DNA of 64,000 nt. Origin: Leucoraja ocellata. Lineage: Eukaryota. The notes under the pieces are model-generated. The model searched no databases, had not been told where the DNA came from, and saw only the letters and a program-made list of their open reading frames with translations. This document shows positions 36,826 to 50,600 of this stretch, piece after piece. Each line of letters starts with the position of its first letter. Position 1 is the stretch's first letter. The translations under genes and the position numbers were made by a program. The DNA lies in contig JAWMAR010000531.1 in assembly GCA_036785375.1 (NCBI GenBank), positions 1,054,001-1,118,000 on the forward strand. The letters are read 5' to 3'.

Positions 36826-37458
36826 AACTCCTCAATTCCACCTAATGGAGCTGAAGTGATATATTTTGATCATTCTTTCTTTCTTTATTTGTGACAAATT
36901 GGTCTGGGCATATTGTTTGTTTTTCGACCAGTCTTTGCGTTTAAAATCGTCGTTTGTCTTGCCGATTGTGAACGCCATTCCATTAAAGCAATCAAATTGT
37001 TAATTGAACCTCCTATGTTATTCAATCTCAGCTGATGCATCTTCAAATATACATTAATATTCAGTCGTCCGAAGTTTGTATTCTGGATGTTTGCTTACTG
37101 CTATCATAAATTCAAACACGACTGTCAAATAAAATCAATAGTCCATTATTAAGAGCAATACATTTCCGTGACTATTATTTATGGTTTTTGACCTAATAGA
37201 CGAAACAGCGATTTAGGTTGTCGAAAGTTATATAAAACCGGTGACTTTAAGTTGGTTCACTTTATCCAGCGCTCGCCCATAGGTAGCAGAAACACACACA
37301 CACACGTTCATATGGAATCTCATTCGAGTGAGGGCGGCTGAACATCATATACCGGCCTACTAATCAATTACGAATCTATGTCGAACATGATGCTAAAACA
37401 AAAGAAACATCTCCGACACCTCCCTCCCTTTCCTGATCTCAATCTTTATCACAGGAGA

Positions 37459-38434
37459 GAGAATTATTTGGATGAGGGAATTGAATGCAAAATCTCCAAG
37501 TTTGCGGATGACACGAAGCTGGGGGGCAGTGTTAGCTGTGAGGAGGATGCTAGGAGGCTGCAAGGTGACTTGGATAGGTTGGGTGAGTGGGCAAATGCAT
37601 GGCAGATGCAGTATAATGTGGATAAATGTGAGGTTATCCACTTTGGTGGCAAAACAGGAAAGTAAACTATTATCTGAATGGTGGCCGATTAGGAAAAGGG
37701 GAGATGCAACGAGATCTGGGTGTCATGGTACACCGTCATTGCAAGTAGGAATACAGGTGCAGCAGGCAGCGAAGAAAGCAAATGGTATGTTAGCATTCAT
37801 AGCAAAAGGATTTGAGTATAAGAGCAGGGAGGTTCTACTGCAGTTGTACAGGGTCTTGGTCAGACCACACCTGGAGTATTGCGTACAGTATTGGTCTCCT
37901 AATCTGAGGAAAGACATTCTTGCCATAGAGGGAGTACAGAGAAGGCTCACCAGACTAATTCCTGGGATGGCAGGACTTTCACATGAAGAAAGACTGGATA
38001 GACTCGGCTTGTACACGCTAGAATTTAGAAGATTGAGGGGGGATCTTATAGAAACTTACAAAATTCTTAAGGGGTTGGACAAGCATGATGCAGGAAGATT
38101 ATTCCCGATGTTGGAGAAGTCCAGAACTAGGGGTCACAGTTTAAGGATAAGAGGGAAGTATTTTAGGACCGAGATGAGAAAATCATTTTTTACACTGAGA
38201 GTGGTGAATCTGTGGAATTCTCTGCCACAAAAGGTAGTTGAGGCCAGTTCAATGGCTATATTGAGGGAGTTAGATGTGGCTCTTGTGGCTAAATAGATCA
38301 GGGGGGTATGGAGAGAAGGCAGGGATAGGATACTGAGATGGATTATAAGCCATGATCATAATGAATGGCGGTGCAGGTTCGAAGGGCCGAATGGCCTACT
38401 CCTGCACCTATTTTCTATGTTTCTATGTTTCTAT
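37459..38434 (+). mobile_element. CR1-A copy in Penelope fragment
   Basis: Paralog of 16669-17645. Confidence 0.85.
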
Positions 38435-39104
38435 GAGATAGACCACCGACTGACGTGTATTACAAACCCACTGACTCCCACAACTATCTCGGCTACACTA
38501 CTTCCCACCCGGCTTCCTGCAAAGACTATCCCTCACTCCCAATTCGTCCGTCTGCACCGCATCTGCGCACAAGGTGAGGTGTTCCATACATGGACATCCG
38601 AGATGTCCTCATTCTTTAGTGAAATGGAGTCCCCTTCCCCCATCATAGATGATGCCCTCACTCGTGTCTCCTCAGTACCGGTAGCTCCGCCCTTGTTCCC
38701 CTTCCCCCCAGTCGCAACAGAGACAGAGTTCCCCTGGTCCTTAAATTTGACCCCATCACACGTCGCATACACCACATAATCCTCCAACATTTTCGCCACC
38801 TCCAATGGGATCCCGACACTAGTCACATCTTTCCATCTCCACCCTTTTCCGCCTTCCGCAGAGATCCTCAGCAACTCCCTGGGTAACTCATTCCTTCCCA
38901 TCCAAATCACCGTCTCCTCCATTGGCAGAGTGAGGCGAAATGCAAATTGGAGGAACAGCATCTCATATTCGCTGGGCACCCAATGATCAGCTAACAACGG
39001 GGTTAAGAAGGAGAGACAAATCAACCATGATTGAATGGTGAGTTGAAGATGGGTCGTGGCGTAATTCTACTATTCCTTACGACCTTATGACCTTATCACT
39101 GGTC

Positions 39105-40174
39105 CGCGCGGTAGGGATTAACGGGCCCCTTTCAGGCTGGCAGGAAGTGACGATTGGGGTGCCGCGAGGCTCGGTGCTGGGACCGCAGCTATTTACAATA
39201 TATGTTAACGATTTAGATGGAGGGATTAAAAGTAACATTAGCAAATTGCAGATGATACAAAGCCCGGTGGCAGTGTGAAATGTGAAGTGGATGTTCTGAG
39301 AATGCAGCGTGACGTGGCCAGGTTGGGTGAGTGGGCAGTTGCATGGCAGATGCGGTTTAATGTGAATAAATGTGAGGTTACCCAATTAGGTAGCAAAAAC
39401 AGAAAGAAAGATTATTATCTAAATGGTGTCAATTTGGGAAAAGGGGAAGTGCTACGGGATCTGGGGGTCTTTGTTCATCAATCAATGAAAGCAAGCATGC
39501 AGGTACAGAAGGCAGTGAAGGAAGCGAATGGCATGGTGGCCTTCATAACAAGAGGAGTTGAGTAAAGGAGGAAAGATTTCCTTCTGCAGTTGTAGAAGGC
39601 TGTAGTGAGACCACACCTGGAGGATTGTGTGCAGTTTTGATCTTCAAATTTGAGGAAGGACATTCTTGTTATTGAGGGAGTGCAGCGTAGGCTCACAAGG
39701 TTATTCCAGGATGGCGCGACTGTCATCTGCTGAGAGAATGGAGCGGCTGGGCTTGTCTACTCTGGAATTTAGAAGGATGAGAGGGAATCATATTGACACA
39801 TATAGGATTATTAAGGGTTTGCACACGCTAGAGGCAGGAAATATGTTCCCGAAGTTGGGGGAGTCCAGAACCAGGGGCCACAGTTTAAGAATAAGGGGTA
39901 AGCAATTTAGAACGGAGATGGGGAAACACTTTTTCACACTGAGAGTTGCGAGTCTGTGGAATTCTCTGCCTCAGCGGGCGGTGGAGGCCAGTTCTCTGGA
40001 AACTTTCAAGAAATTGCTCGATAGGGCTCTTGAAAATAGCGGAGTCAGGGGGATATGGGGAGAAGGCAGGAACAGGGTACTGATTGTGGATGATCATCCA
40101 TAATTACATTGAATGGCCGTGCTGGCTTGAAGGGCCGTGTGGTCTACTCCTGCACCTATTGTCTATTGTCTATT
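39105..40174 (+). mobile_element. CR1-B copy
   Basis: Paralog of 18428-19556. Confidence 0.85.
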
Positions 40175-43010
40175 ACGTAGCCATGCCTGTCGCTAACTAG
40201 CTCATTCTCCTTCAAATGGGAGTAAATCTCAATGAATTATCTCCAATAGTTTCCTACCACTGACGTGCGTCTCACCGGCCTCTATTTCCCTGGATTCCTT
40301 CTACGTCTCAATCAACAAAAGAACAATTGGTCATTTTCCAGTCCTCTATATGCTCGCCTCTGGCAAGAGAAGAAGCAAATATTCTCAAGACCCCATGGAA
40401 TCACCTCTCGCCTCCCTCAATAAACTGGGATAGATACCAACGGGTGCAGGGGACCTATCCAACTCAATGTTCCTCAAAAGCCTCACTGCCGCTCTTTTCA
40501 ACCTCAAGCCCCAGCATATGTGCCCTAGCATATTAGTTTTCTCCACACTGATCTCACCGTCATCCACGTCTTTCTCCTTGGTGAATACAGATGCAGAACG
40601 CACTCGTTTAACAATTCCGCTACATCCTTTATCCTTGATCAGACCTACCGTATCCTTACACCCTTCTTGTTTTTTTAACATATGTATAAAAATCCGCAGT
40701 ATTTTCCTTAACTCAACAAATCAGTTACATTTCGTGACCAGTTTGGCCCGACTAATCACCCAGTTGAGCTCTTTGCTACTCATCATTCCTCATAATCCCC
40801 GTATGATGGCACTTTGTTAAATCTGACATACGCTTCCGTTTTGTTTCTGAAAAGGTGTATAACCTCCGTGGTCATTCACGGATCCCTTACCATGCCATCG
40901 TTATCCATCCTCCTTACTGGAACGTGCTGATCCTGTACTTGGTTAAATAACTCCCATATATTAGTTGTGGACATACTCAATAACAACTGCAACCAAGCTC
41001 CTGCCTAATGACATCTTAATCTGTTTTGCTTCTGCCAACATCCACACCAAATCTTTATTCAAACCATATTCAAAACCTTGTAATGTTGAGGTCACTATCG
41101 CCAAGTGCTCATCCAGCATACCACCAGTCACGTGGCCAAGCACATTTCCCAACACAAGCTCCAGTATCGTCCCTCCTGGATTCAGACTATCCATACACCG
41201 TTTAAGGCAAATTTCTTGGATATACTTCATAAATTCTCATTTAACCCCCTTGCACTGAACAAAATACAGTCAATACTGGGGAAGTTAACGATACCCACTA
41301 CAGCAACACTGTAGTTCATGCATCTGTGTGCATATCCGATCCATCTATTAGATTCGATGAGATTAGATTAGATCTAATCTAATAGATGGACGGATGGATC
41401 TCCCGCTGATTATTGGGTGTCCCATAATATAATCCCATTAGAGAGACTGGTCCTTTCTTATTTTTAAGCACAACCCACATGTCTCAATAGATGTACCCTC
41501 CACTACGTCCCCTCTGAGTTCCGCCATCCCAAATATCGAAGCCCTGATACATGTCTCTCCCACAAGCAGGTTTTCATAATGGCCACGACATTATTATTCC
41601 AAGCACTGAAATCGACTATCTACGTTCATTTAACGTCATCCACAATACTCATTGCATTGAAGTAAACGTGTCATCCCGTAATTGCCCCATAATCATGAAC
41701 CAATCCCTGCCCATCTTTCCTTTGAGACTTACTTGTTATAACCTCCACTTTCCCATAATCCTTCCCACTTGCAGACTTGCTCCTTTCGTTCCCATTCTCT
41801 GTCCATTGTTGCTTAAATTCTCCAGATTAGTATGAGCAAACTTCACTGAAAGGATTCTGGAGCCCCTTCAGTTCAAATGCAACGTGTCCCTCTTGTGCAG
41901 GTTGCCTTTGCGATAACAGAAATCTCAATGGTCTACAATTCGAATCATTTCCCCTGCACCAACCCCTCAGCCATGCATTCATCTGTCCCATCCTCCTATT
42001 GCTACCCTCAATAACACGTGGCGACTGTAGTAATCTAGAGATTACCGCCCTGCAGGTGGTAATTTAAACCTTTTAACTAATTCCAATTAGACACTCCACA
42101 GTACCTCATTGCTCTTCGGTACATTTTGCTGATCTACATATATTCACCCCAGAGGACCCCATCCATTTTCCTAACTCTTTCCCCATCTCTTTATACTGAC
42201 TCTATAGGACCTCATCCAGTTTCCTACATATCATTTGTGCGGACATGCACAACGACTTCTGTCTGTTCACCCACCAGGTCGAAAATGCTCTGCAGTCGTT
42301 CCAGGACATCCTAGATCCTTGCACCAGAGAGGCAACAGTCCGTCCATGAGGCCTACTTGCTCCTGTCTGTCCCCCGCACTAATGTGGTTTATCACAATCA
42401 CTGCCTGACTTCACACCGCTGCACATCAGAGACAGGCCCAGTGCCACAGACCTGACTACTGCTGCTGTCCCCTGAACGGTTACCCCCTCAACTGAAGCAA
42501 ACGAACATAGCTGTTTTGCAGGGGGAAGCCTACAGGGGACTCCTGGACCCTCTGCCTATTCCCTTTGCTGCTGGTCACTCTTCTATTCTTTGTCCGCACC
42601 ACACGTGTGAGCACCTCACTATGACTTCTAACTATGACTTGCTCACTCTCTGGACGAACACGAGGTCATCCAATTGGAACTGCAGATCACTAACAGGGTC
42701 TTTCAGGAGCTGCACCTCGACACACCTCCTGCAGATGTAATGTTCAGAGACGCTACGTCTTCTTCAGTTCCAACATCCCACAGGCTGAGCACACTAGCCT
42801 CCATCTCTATGAGACCAAGACCAGGTTGTGTTGCAAAGCAAACATAAAGTGATAGAACAAACCGTATCCTAAGGTAACCCTCACAGGAGCCTCTTGAGCT
42901 TAAGCCTCAATAAACCAATCTTACTATATATGGCCGCTCCATTTGTGTTTACCTTCATTTTATTTGCAATAGTTATTTAGCCAAATAACCAAGTGTGACA
43001 CTTGCCTGCA
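40175..43010 (-). mobile_element. CR1-C copy
   Basis: Paralog of 19557-22380. Confidence 0.75.
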
Positions 43011-44421
43011 AATAACGATAGAGAAGGTGAACCAATATTCAAATAAGCATAACTCTGTCCGTTTGTAATGCAATGTAATTGCAATGTATTTAGTATACGC
43101 AAACAGTGTCTTCGTAATTCATTGTTACTTGCAGCGAGTGAACATATAGAATGTGGCAAGTGTCAAATAAAGCGGATTATTTTGCTGTGAATTAAGTTCA
43201 ATTACTTGATTGCTGTCAGAGCTGCACACATCTAGGTAAACTGAAAGCATTTCAGAAATACTAAGCAGTATTTAAAAAAATCGGAAACAAAGCTTGAGAC
43301 ATTGATGCCTCTGTTTGGCTTGTTTACAAGTCACCGATCTGAGGACTTCATAGTTTTCACTGTACGGGCACATTCGTGGAAAGGACCGCTCTCTTTTGAT
43401 TGATTGTCAGCCGAATTGTAAGAGTCCAAATAAGAAAATGCTGATATTTATCTGTTCTTTGGGCAGTATTTTCTTGTTGATATGCTTTAGCATTGATTCA
43501 CACGGTGCTGTAGCAATCCACAATATGAAAAGAGGCTTTCGCTATAAATAGAGCGATTGGTTCGCAGTAAGAAATGTGCGCACGTCATATCAAGCAACGC
43601 TGTTCACATCTAAATATAATTCCATATATCGAATGAAGGTTGACAGAATCAATACCATGGCAATCCAAACACCTACAGACTCACTTCACCGTTTTAACGG
43701 ATAAAGCTACCTTGGCGATGAAATATATTTTTCAATTCCTTCTCAATTTCACGAGCAATGTCAGTGAACCTGAACTAACCTTGGGTGCTACGAGCAAACA
43801 TGGTTTCCAAAAATAACTCAAAAATCTTTGCATTGGTTTTGACAGTGACTTGCGTAGATGGCACAGTGAGATCAGATTAATCAGCACTGAAAACGATAAA
43901 TTACCTCCATGCATATTATTTATTTTAACACACACTCTCGGCAACCACACAGAAAATGATTCAAACTAAATGCAAAACCAGAATTGAATGTCCCGTTTCA
44001 AATAACACAAAATCTCCAGTTGTAGGAAGGAACTGCAGATGCTGGTTTACACCGAAGATAAGCACACATTGCTGGATTTAAGATGGAATAGGTGACGTTT
44101 CGGGTAGCGACCCTTCTTCATACTGAGAGTCACGGGAGAGGGAAACTAGAGAAATTAAAACAGAATATCGTACGTGCTTGGAAATATATTAAATTGTACC
44201 GAGCTACATAATTGGAAACTAAATCCTTATCTAATTAACATTTCGGAAATAATTTGACATAGGAACAATCTGGCAACATTTGATTGGCGCAGCGTCCATT
44301 CTGATTTGAGTGGTTTGCATAATTATGGAAGGCAGTGACGCCTCGCAACAGGGTTCATAAGCGACCTGGAGAGACACCTGATCAACCACTTCATCTGGCG
44401 CCCTCCACCAAAATAATTACA

Positions 44422-44470
44422 ATGTCTTGCTGGATGTCACTGGTTTGTGCGTTAGCATTTTCCGCAGCAT
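44422..44470 (+). CDS. IgL cluster 5 exon 1, leader
   Basis: MSCWMSLVCALAFSAA + GTGAGT donor. Confidence 0.85.
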
Positions 44471-44594
44471 GTGAGTATTTTGCTTCCAACGTTATTTATT
44501 CTGGAGTGCGATTAAACGTTTAGATAGCTGACACTTCTGCTGTTTCGCTAATATCTTGGTTAATGTTGTACTTTTTTTCTGGTTTGTTTTCCAG

Positions 44595-44939
44595 GCATAA
44601 ATGCGCAAATTACACTAAATCAGCCGCCTTCAAAATCCACGTCTCCGGGGCAAAACGCGCTAATTTCCTGTATCTTGACTGGCGGCAGTTTAAGTACCAA
44701 CACTGTTTCCTGGTACCAGCAGATTCCCGGAGCGGTACCGCGGTTTCTGTTCTACTATTACTCGGGCGGCAGCATTGTTAGAGGTTCGGGAGTTTCTGAC
44801 CGTTTCGCGGGATCAGTGTCAGGCAACACTGCAACATTGACAATAGCGAATGTGCAGTTGGGGGACGCAGCGGACTACTACTGTGCTGTGTGGATAAATG
44901 CTTTCATCTTCGGCAAAGGAACGAGGCTGGGTATTGGCG
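44595..44939 (+). CDS. IgL cluster 5 exon 2, germline-joined VJ
   Basis: Frame is open from the acceptor at 44594 through YYCAVWINAFIFGKGTRL to the GTAAGT donor. Confidence 0.93.
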
Positions 44940-46867
44940 GTAAGTAAACTATCTTCTACCTATGGGTTATTGATACTGCTGTGAGAAATAATTAGTTTTT
45001 TTTTTGCTAATTGATGTTTCCAATAAAAGGCTTTTAAAGCTGATTTTTTAAATAATACCCGACCAAGATCGAATCTCCTTTGGCAAATTGGTTGACAACA
45101 GCAATGAATGGACGAAATGACTGTCCAGCTTTTTTTTTAATTCTTAATTACTATTCGGACGATGAGCTAACATTGTCCAAGCCAGGGTACTAATAAAACC
45201 GACCGTATGGAAACGGGAATTAACATTAGAGTGACAAGGAACTGCAGATGCTGATTTACAACAAAAACACCCCAAAAAGCACTAGAGTGCCTCAGTGGGT
45301 CAGGCAGCATCTCTGGTGAACATAGATTGGCGATGACCCGAAACGCCTCATTCATCTTCTCCAGAGAAGCTCCCGAATCCATCACGTTGTGCATCTTTCG
45401 GGAAATTATTTCTTGCCTTTAATGGCGCCTAGAATTCTAATGGAAAACGCACCTTCAATAATAGCTAATTTTCTGTTGATATTCCATCACGAAATGTGAA
45501 ATGTTGGGATTCTGCGGATCACTAGACCATGATAGACTTTTCCCAACATCGTGAACATGGAGAAATGTGGATTCTTGAAAATTATTGGTTCTCATCCAAA
45601 AATCGGCACGGTGGCGCAGCGGTTTAGCGCTGTAACCCAGTCGGTTCCATCCCGACTACGGGTGCTGTCTGCACGGAGTTTGTTCGTTCTCCCCGTGACT
45701 GCATGCGGTACAAATAAATTAAATCCTATTTCGAGAGGACTAACTGCCACGTTTATCCTTGTCCTCTTTTTTTACTTTTAAAACTTGTTAAATATTGCTA
45801 GTATACTTTTTTTGTAAGAGCTGAAGATTGTCATGGTCAATATTTAGCCGGGATAAACATCGGACGCAAACAATAACGCGGTGCGAGGTTTAGTGCAGCG
45901 ACATTGGATTTGAAATCGTCCATCGTTATGAATCTATGTTTTTGTTTTTAATTTTTATGCTTTAAAATATTTGCTTAATTGTATCTCCCGGACATATTCA
46001 AAGTCAATGTCTGCTGCCAATGATTTACTGCTAATGCGATATTGAATTCATTTCGTGATTTTGAAATTCCGGTACTTATGAGTTTTGTTGCCAGATGTAA
46101 TTGTCATTACACTTAGAGCATGCGGATTCTGGAATCAATGGGACAGCGTTTATTTCAATTTTAGACGAAAAATAACTGAAAATGTGAAAGCAATTTGCGC
46201 ATTGAATTTCCCAACCATATCAGTAATCAGCAATTGATTACAGTCGATTTACTCTTTTTGCCATTGAGTGTACGGAGTGAGATTCGATGATCAAATTCAG
46301 AAATTGAGCTAATTTTTTACTTCAAAAAGAAGACACAACATAAACGTAAACCATGTCCAAAATCAATTAAAAAAATGCGGGAACTAGTCTATGCATCGAT
46401 GGGTTAAATGGCAAATTATTCGTGTCTCTTTTATCGAATCCTTCATGACACTTCGTTCTTTGGCCTTAATAAATGAAAGTATCCAAATAAGACATGTTTT
46501 AAGCGAGTTCAGTTGAAATTGGCACAATAGTTCCATAATTTATTAAATCCTGCAAATAGCTGTCGGGTCCAACACACGATTTTTATTTTAACTGGGCCAA
46601 TGGAAATAATACTCTGGAGATCAATTAAAAACACTGACGAAATAATTTATGTTTAACCACAAAATAGAACGTGTCCCATTGTCATAAATACCAATTAATC
46701 TTCGGAGATCACACCTGGAAATGATCTCACGTGCGCATTTGAACAATTTGAAACAATAGAGGAAAAATGTTTATTCATTAAAATGAATGGATCCATGGTA
46801 TTTTTAATTATGTTTTAACCGAAGCAGTTCTTCAACCTCCACTAATCTGTGATATTATTTTAAACAG

Positions 46868-47190
46868 CACCTCGCGCCCCCGCAATGTCCGTCCTCGGAC
46901 CTTCAGCGGAAGAAATCAAGGGAAAGGGCACGGCCACCCTGGTGTGTTTGGTGAGCGGGTTTAATCCGGGTGCAGTGGACATTGAGTGGACCGTGGAGGG
47001 CAGTGCGAGAAGTGACGGCGTTGAGACCAGCCCAATCCAGCAGGAGAAGGACAACACGTTCAGTGCGAGCAGTTACCTGACTCTGCCAGTCACAGTCTGG
47101 AACTCAAACAATCTTTACTCTTGTGTGGTTAAACACGAAACCCAGGCAATCCCGTTTGAGGCAGACATCACCAGAACCGGCTGTATCTAA
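46868..47190 (+). CDS. IgL cluster 5 exon 3, constant region
   Basis: Intact C1-set domain; AATAAA at 47492. Confidence 0.93.
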
Positions 47191-47829
47191 AACTCCTCAA
47201 TTCCACCTAATGGAGCTGAAGTGATATATTTTGATCATTCTTTCTTTCTTTATTTGTGAGAAATTGGTCTGGGCATATTGTTTGTTTTTCGACCAGTCTT
47301 TGCGTTTAAAGTCGTCGTTTGTCTGCCAATTGTGAACGCCATTCCATTAAAGCAATCAAATTGTTAATTGAACCTCCTATGTTATTCAATCTCAGCTGAT
47401 GCATCTTCAAATATACATTAATATTCAGTGGTCCGAAGTTTGTATTCTGGATGTTTGCTTACTGCTATCATAAATTCAAACACGACTGTCAAATAAAATC
47501 AATAGTCCATTATTAAGAGCAATACATTTCCGTGACTATTATTTATGGTTTTTCACCTAATAGACGAAACAGCGATTTAGGTCGTCGAAAGTTATATAAA
47601 ACCGGTGACTTTAAGTTGGTTCACTTTATCCAGCGCTCGCCCATAGGTAGCAGAAACACACACACACACACACACGTTCATATGGGATCTCATTCGAGTG
47701 AGGGCGGCTGAACATCATATACCGGCCTACTAATCAATTAGGAATCTATGTCGAACATGATGCTAAAACTAAAGAAACATCTCCGATACCTCCCTCCCCT
47801 TTCCTGATCTCAATCTCTATCACAGGAGA

Positions 47830-48806
47830 GAGAATGATTTGGATGAGGGAATTGAATGCAAAATCTCCAAGTTTGCGGATGACACGAAGCTGGGGGGCAG
47901 TGTTAGCTGTGAGGAGGATGCTAGGAGGCTGCAAGGTGACTTGGATAGGTTGGGTGAGTGGGCAAATGCATGGCAGATGCAGTATAATGTGGATAAATGT
48001 GAGGTTATCCACTTTGGTGGCAAAACAGGAAAGTAAACTATTATCTGAATGGTGGCCGATTAGGAAAAGGGGAGATGCAACGAGATCTAGGTGTCATGGT
48101 ACACCAGTCATTGAAAGTAGGAATACAGGTGCAGCAGGTAGCGAAGAAAGCAAATGGTATGTTAGCATTCATAGCAAAATGATTTGAGTATAAGAGCATG
48201 GAGGTTCTACTGCAGTTGTACAGGGTCTTGGTGAGACCACACCTGGAGTATTGCGTACAGTCTTGGTCTCCTAATCTGAGGAAAGACATTCTTGCCATAG
48301 AGGGAGTACAGAGGAGGCTCACCAGACTAATTCCTGGGATGGCAGGACTTTCACATGAAGAAAGACTGGATAGACTCGGCTTGTACACGCTAGAATTTAG
48401 AAGATTGAGGGGGGATCTTATAGAAACTTACAAAATTCTTAACGGGTTAGACAAGCATGATACAGAAAGATTATTCCCGATGTTGGAGAAGTCCAGAACT
48501 AGGGGTCACAGTTTAAGGATAAGAGGGAAGTATTTTAGGACCGAGATGAGAAAATCATTTTTTACACTGAGAGTGGTGAATCTGTGGAATTCTCTGACAC
48601 AAAAGGTAGTTGAGGCCAGTTCAATGGCTATATTGAGGGAGTTAGATGTGGTTCTTGTGGCTAAAGAGATCAGGGGGGTATGGAGAGAAGGCAGGGATGG
48701 GATACTGAGATGGATTATAAGCCATGATCATAATGAATGGCGGTGCAGGTTCGAAGGGCCGAATGGCCTATTCCTGCACCTATTTTCTATGCTTCTATGT
48801 TTCTAT
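47830..48806 (+). mobile_element. CR1-A copy in Penelope fragment
   Basis: Paralog of 16669-17645. Confidence 0.85.
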
Positions 48807-49529
48807 GAGATAGACCACCGACTGACGTCTATTACAAACCCACTGACTCCCATAACTATCTCGGCTACACTACTTCCCACCCTGCTTCCTGCGAAGACTA
48901 TCCCTCACTCCCAATTCACCCGCATCTGCGCACAAGGTGAGGTGTTCCATACATGGACATCCGAGATGTCCTCATTCTTTAGTGAACGGGAGTCCCCTTC
49001 CCGCATCATAGATGATGCCCTCACTCGTGTCTCCTCAGTACCCGCAGCTCCGCCCTTGTTCCCCCTCCCCCCAGTCGCAACAGAGACAGAGTTCCCCTGG
49101 TCCTTAAATTTGACCCCATCAGACGTCGCATACACCACATAATCCTCCAACATTTTCGCCACCTCCAATGGGATCCCGACACTAGTCACATCTTTCCATC
49201 TCCACCCTTTTCCGCCTTCCGCAGAGATCCTCAGCATTGGCAGAGTGAGGCGAAATGCAAATTGGAGGAACAGCATCTCATATTTCGCTTGGGCAGCCTA
49301 CAGCCAAGTGGAATGAATGTTGATTTATCCAACATCAAGTAATCCTGACATTCCCTCTCTCTCTATCCCTCCCCCACCCAAGTCACACCAGCTCCTCGTC
49401 TTCGCCCAATGATCAGCCAACAACGGGGTTTAGAAGGAGAGACAAATCAACCATGATTGAATGGTGGGTTGAAGATGGGCCGTGGCGTAATTCTACTATT
49501 CCTTACGACCTTATGACCTTATCACTGGT

Positions 49530-50600
49530 CCGCGCGGTAGGGATTAACGGGCCCCTTTCAGGCTGGCAGGAAGTGACGAGTGGGGTGCCGCGAGGCTCGG
49601 TGCTGGGACCGCAGCTATTTACAACATATGGTAATGATTTAGATGGAGGGATTAAAAGTAACATTAGCAAATTGCAGATGATACAAAGCTGGGTGGCAGT
49701 GTGAAATGTGAAGTGGATGTTCTGAGAATGCAGCGTGACGTGGCCAGGTTGGGTGAGTGGGCAGATGCATGGCAGATGCGGTTTAATGTGAATAAATGTG
49801 AGGTTACCCAATTAGGTAGCAAAAACAGAAAGAAAGATTATTATCTAAATGGTGTCAATTTGGGAAAAGGGGAAGTACTACGGGATCTGGGGGTCTTTGT
49901 TCATCAATCAATGAAAGCAAGCATGCAGGTACAGAAGGCAGTGAAGGAAGCGAATGGCATGGTGGCCTTCATAATAAGAGGAGTTGAGTGAAGGAGCAAA
50001 GATTTCCTTCTGCAGTTGTAGAAGGCTGTAGTGAGACCACACCTGGAGGATTGTGTGCAGTTTTGATCTTCAAATTTGAGGAAGGACATTCTTGTTATTG
50101 AGGGAGTGCAGCGTAGGCTCACAAGGTTATTCCAGGATGGCGCGACTGTCATCTGCTGAGAGAATGGAGCGGCTGGGCTTGTCTACTCTGGAATTTAGAA
50201 GGATGAGAGGGGATCTTATTGACACATATAGGATTATTAAGGGTTTGCACACGCTAGAGGTAGGAAATATGTTCCCGAAGTTGGGGGAGTCCAGAATCAG
50301 GGGCCACAGTTTAAGAATAAGGGGTAAGCAATTTAGAACGGAGATGGGGAAACACTTTTTCACACTGAGAGTTGCGAGTCTGTGGAATTCTCTGCCTCAG
50401 AGGGCGGTGGAGGCCGGTTCTCTGGAAACTTTCAAGAAATTGCTCGATAGGGCTCTTGAAAATAGCGGAGTCAGGGGGATATGGGGAGAAGGCAGGAACA
50501 GGGTACTGATTGTGGATGATCATCCATAATTACATTGAATGGCCGTGCTGGCTTGAAGGGCCGTGTGGCCTACTCCTGCACCTATTGTCTATTGTCTATT
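49530..50600 (+). mobile_element. CR1-B copy
   Basis: Paralog of 18428-19556. Confidence 0.85.

Noticed and set aside
44563-44781. Apparent frameshift in cluster 5 V
   Set aside because: The extra base is in the intronic poly-T; the exon from 44595 is in frame, so this is not a pseudogene
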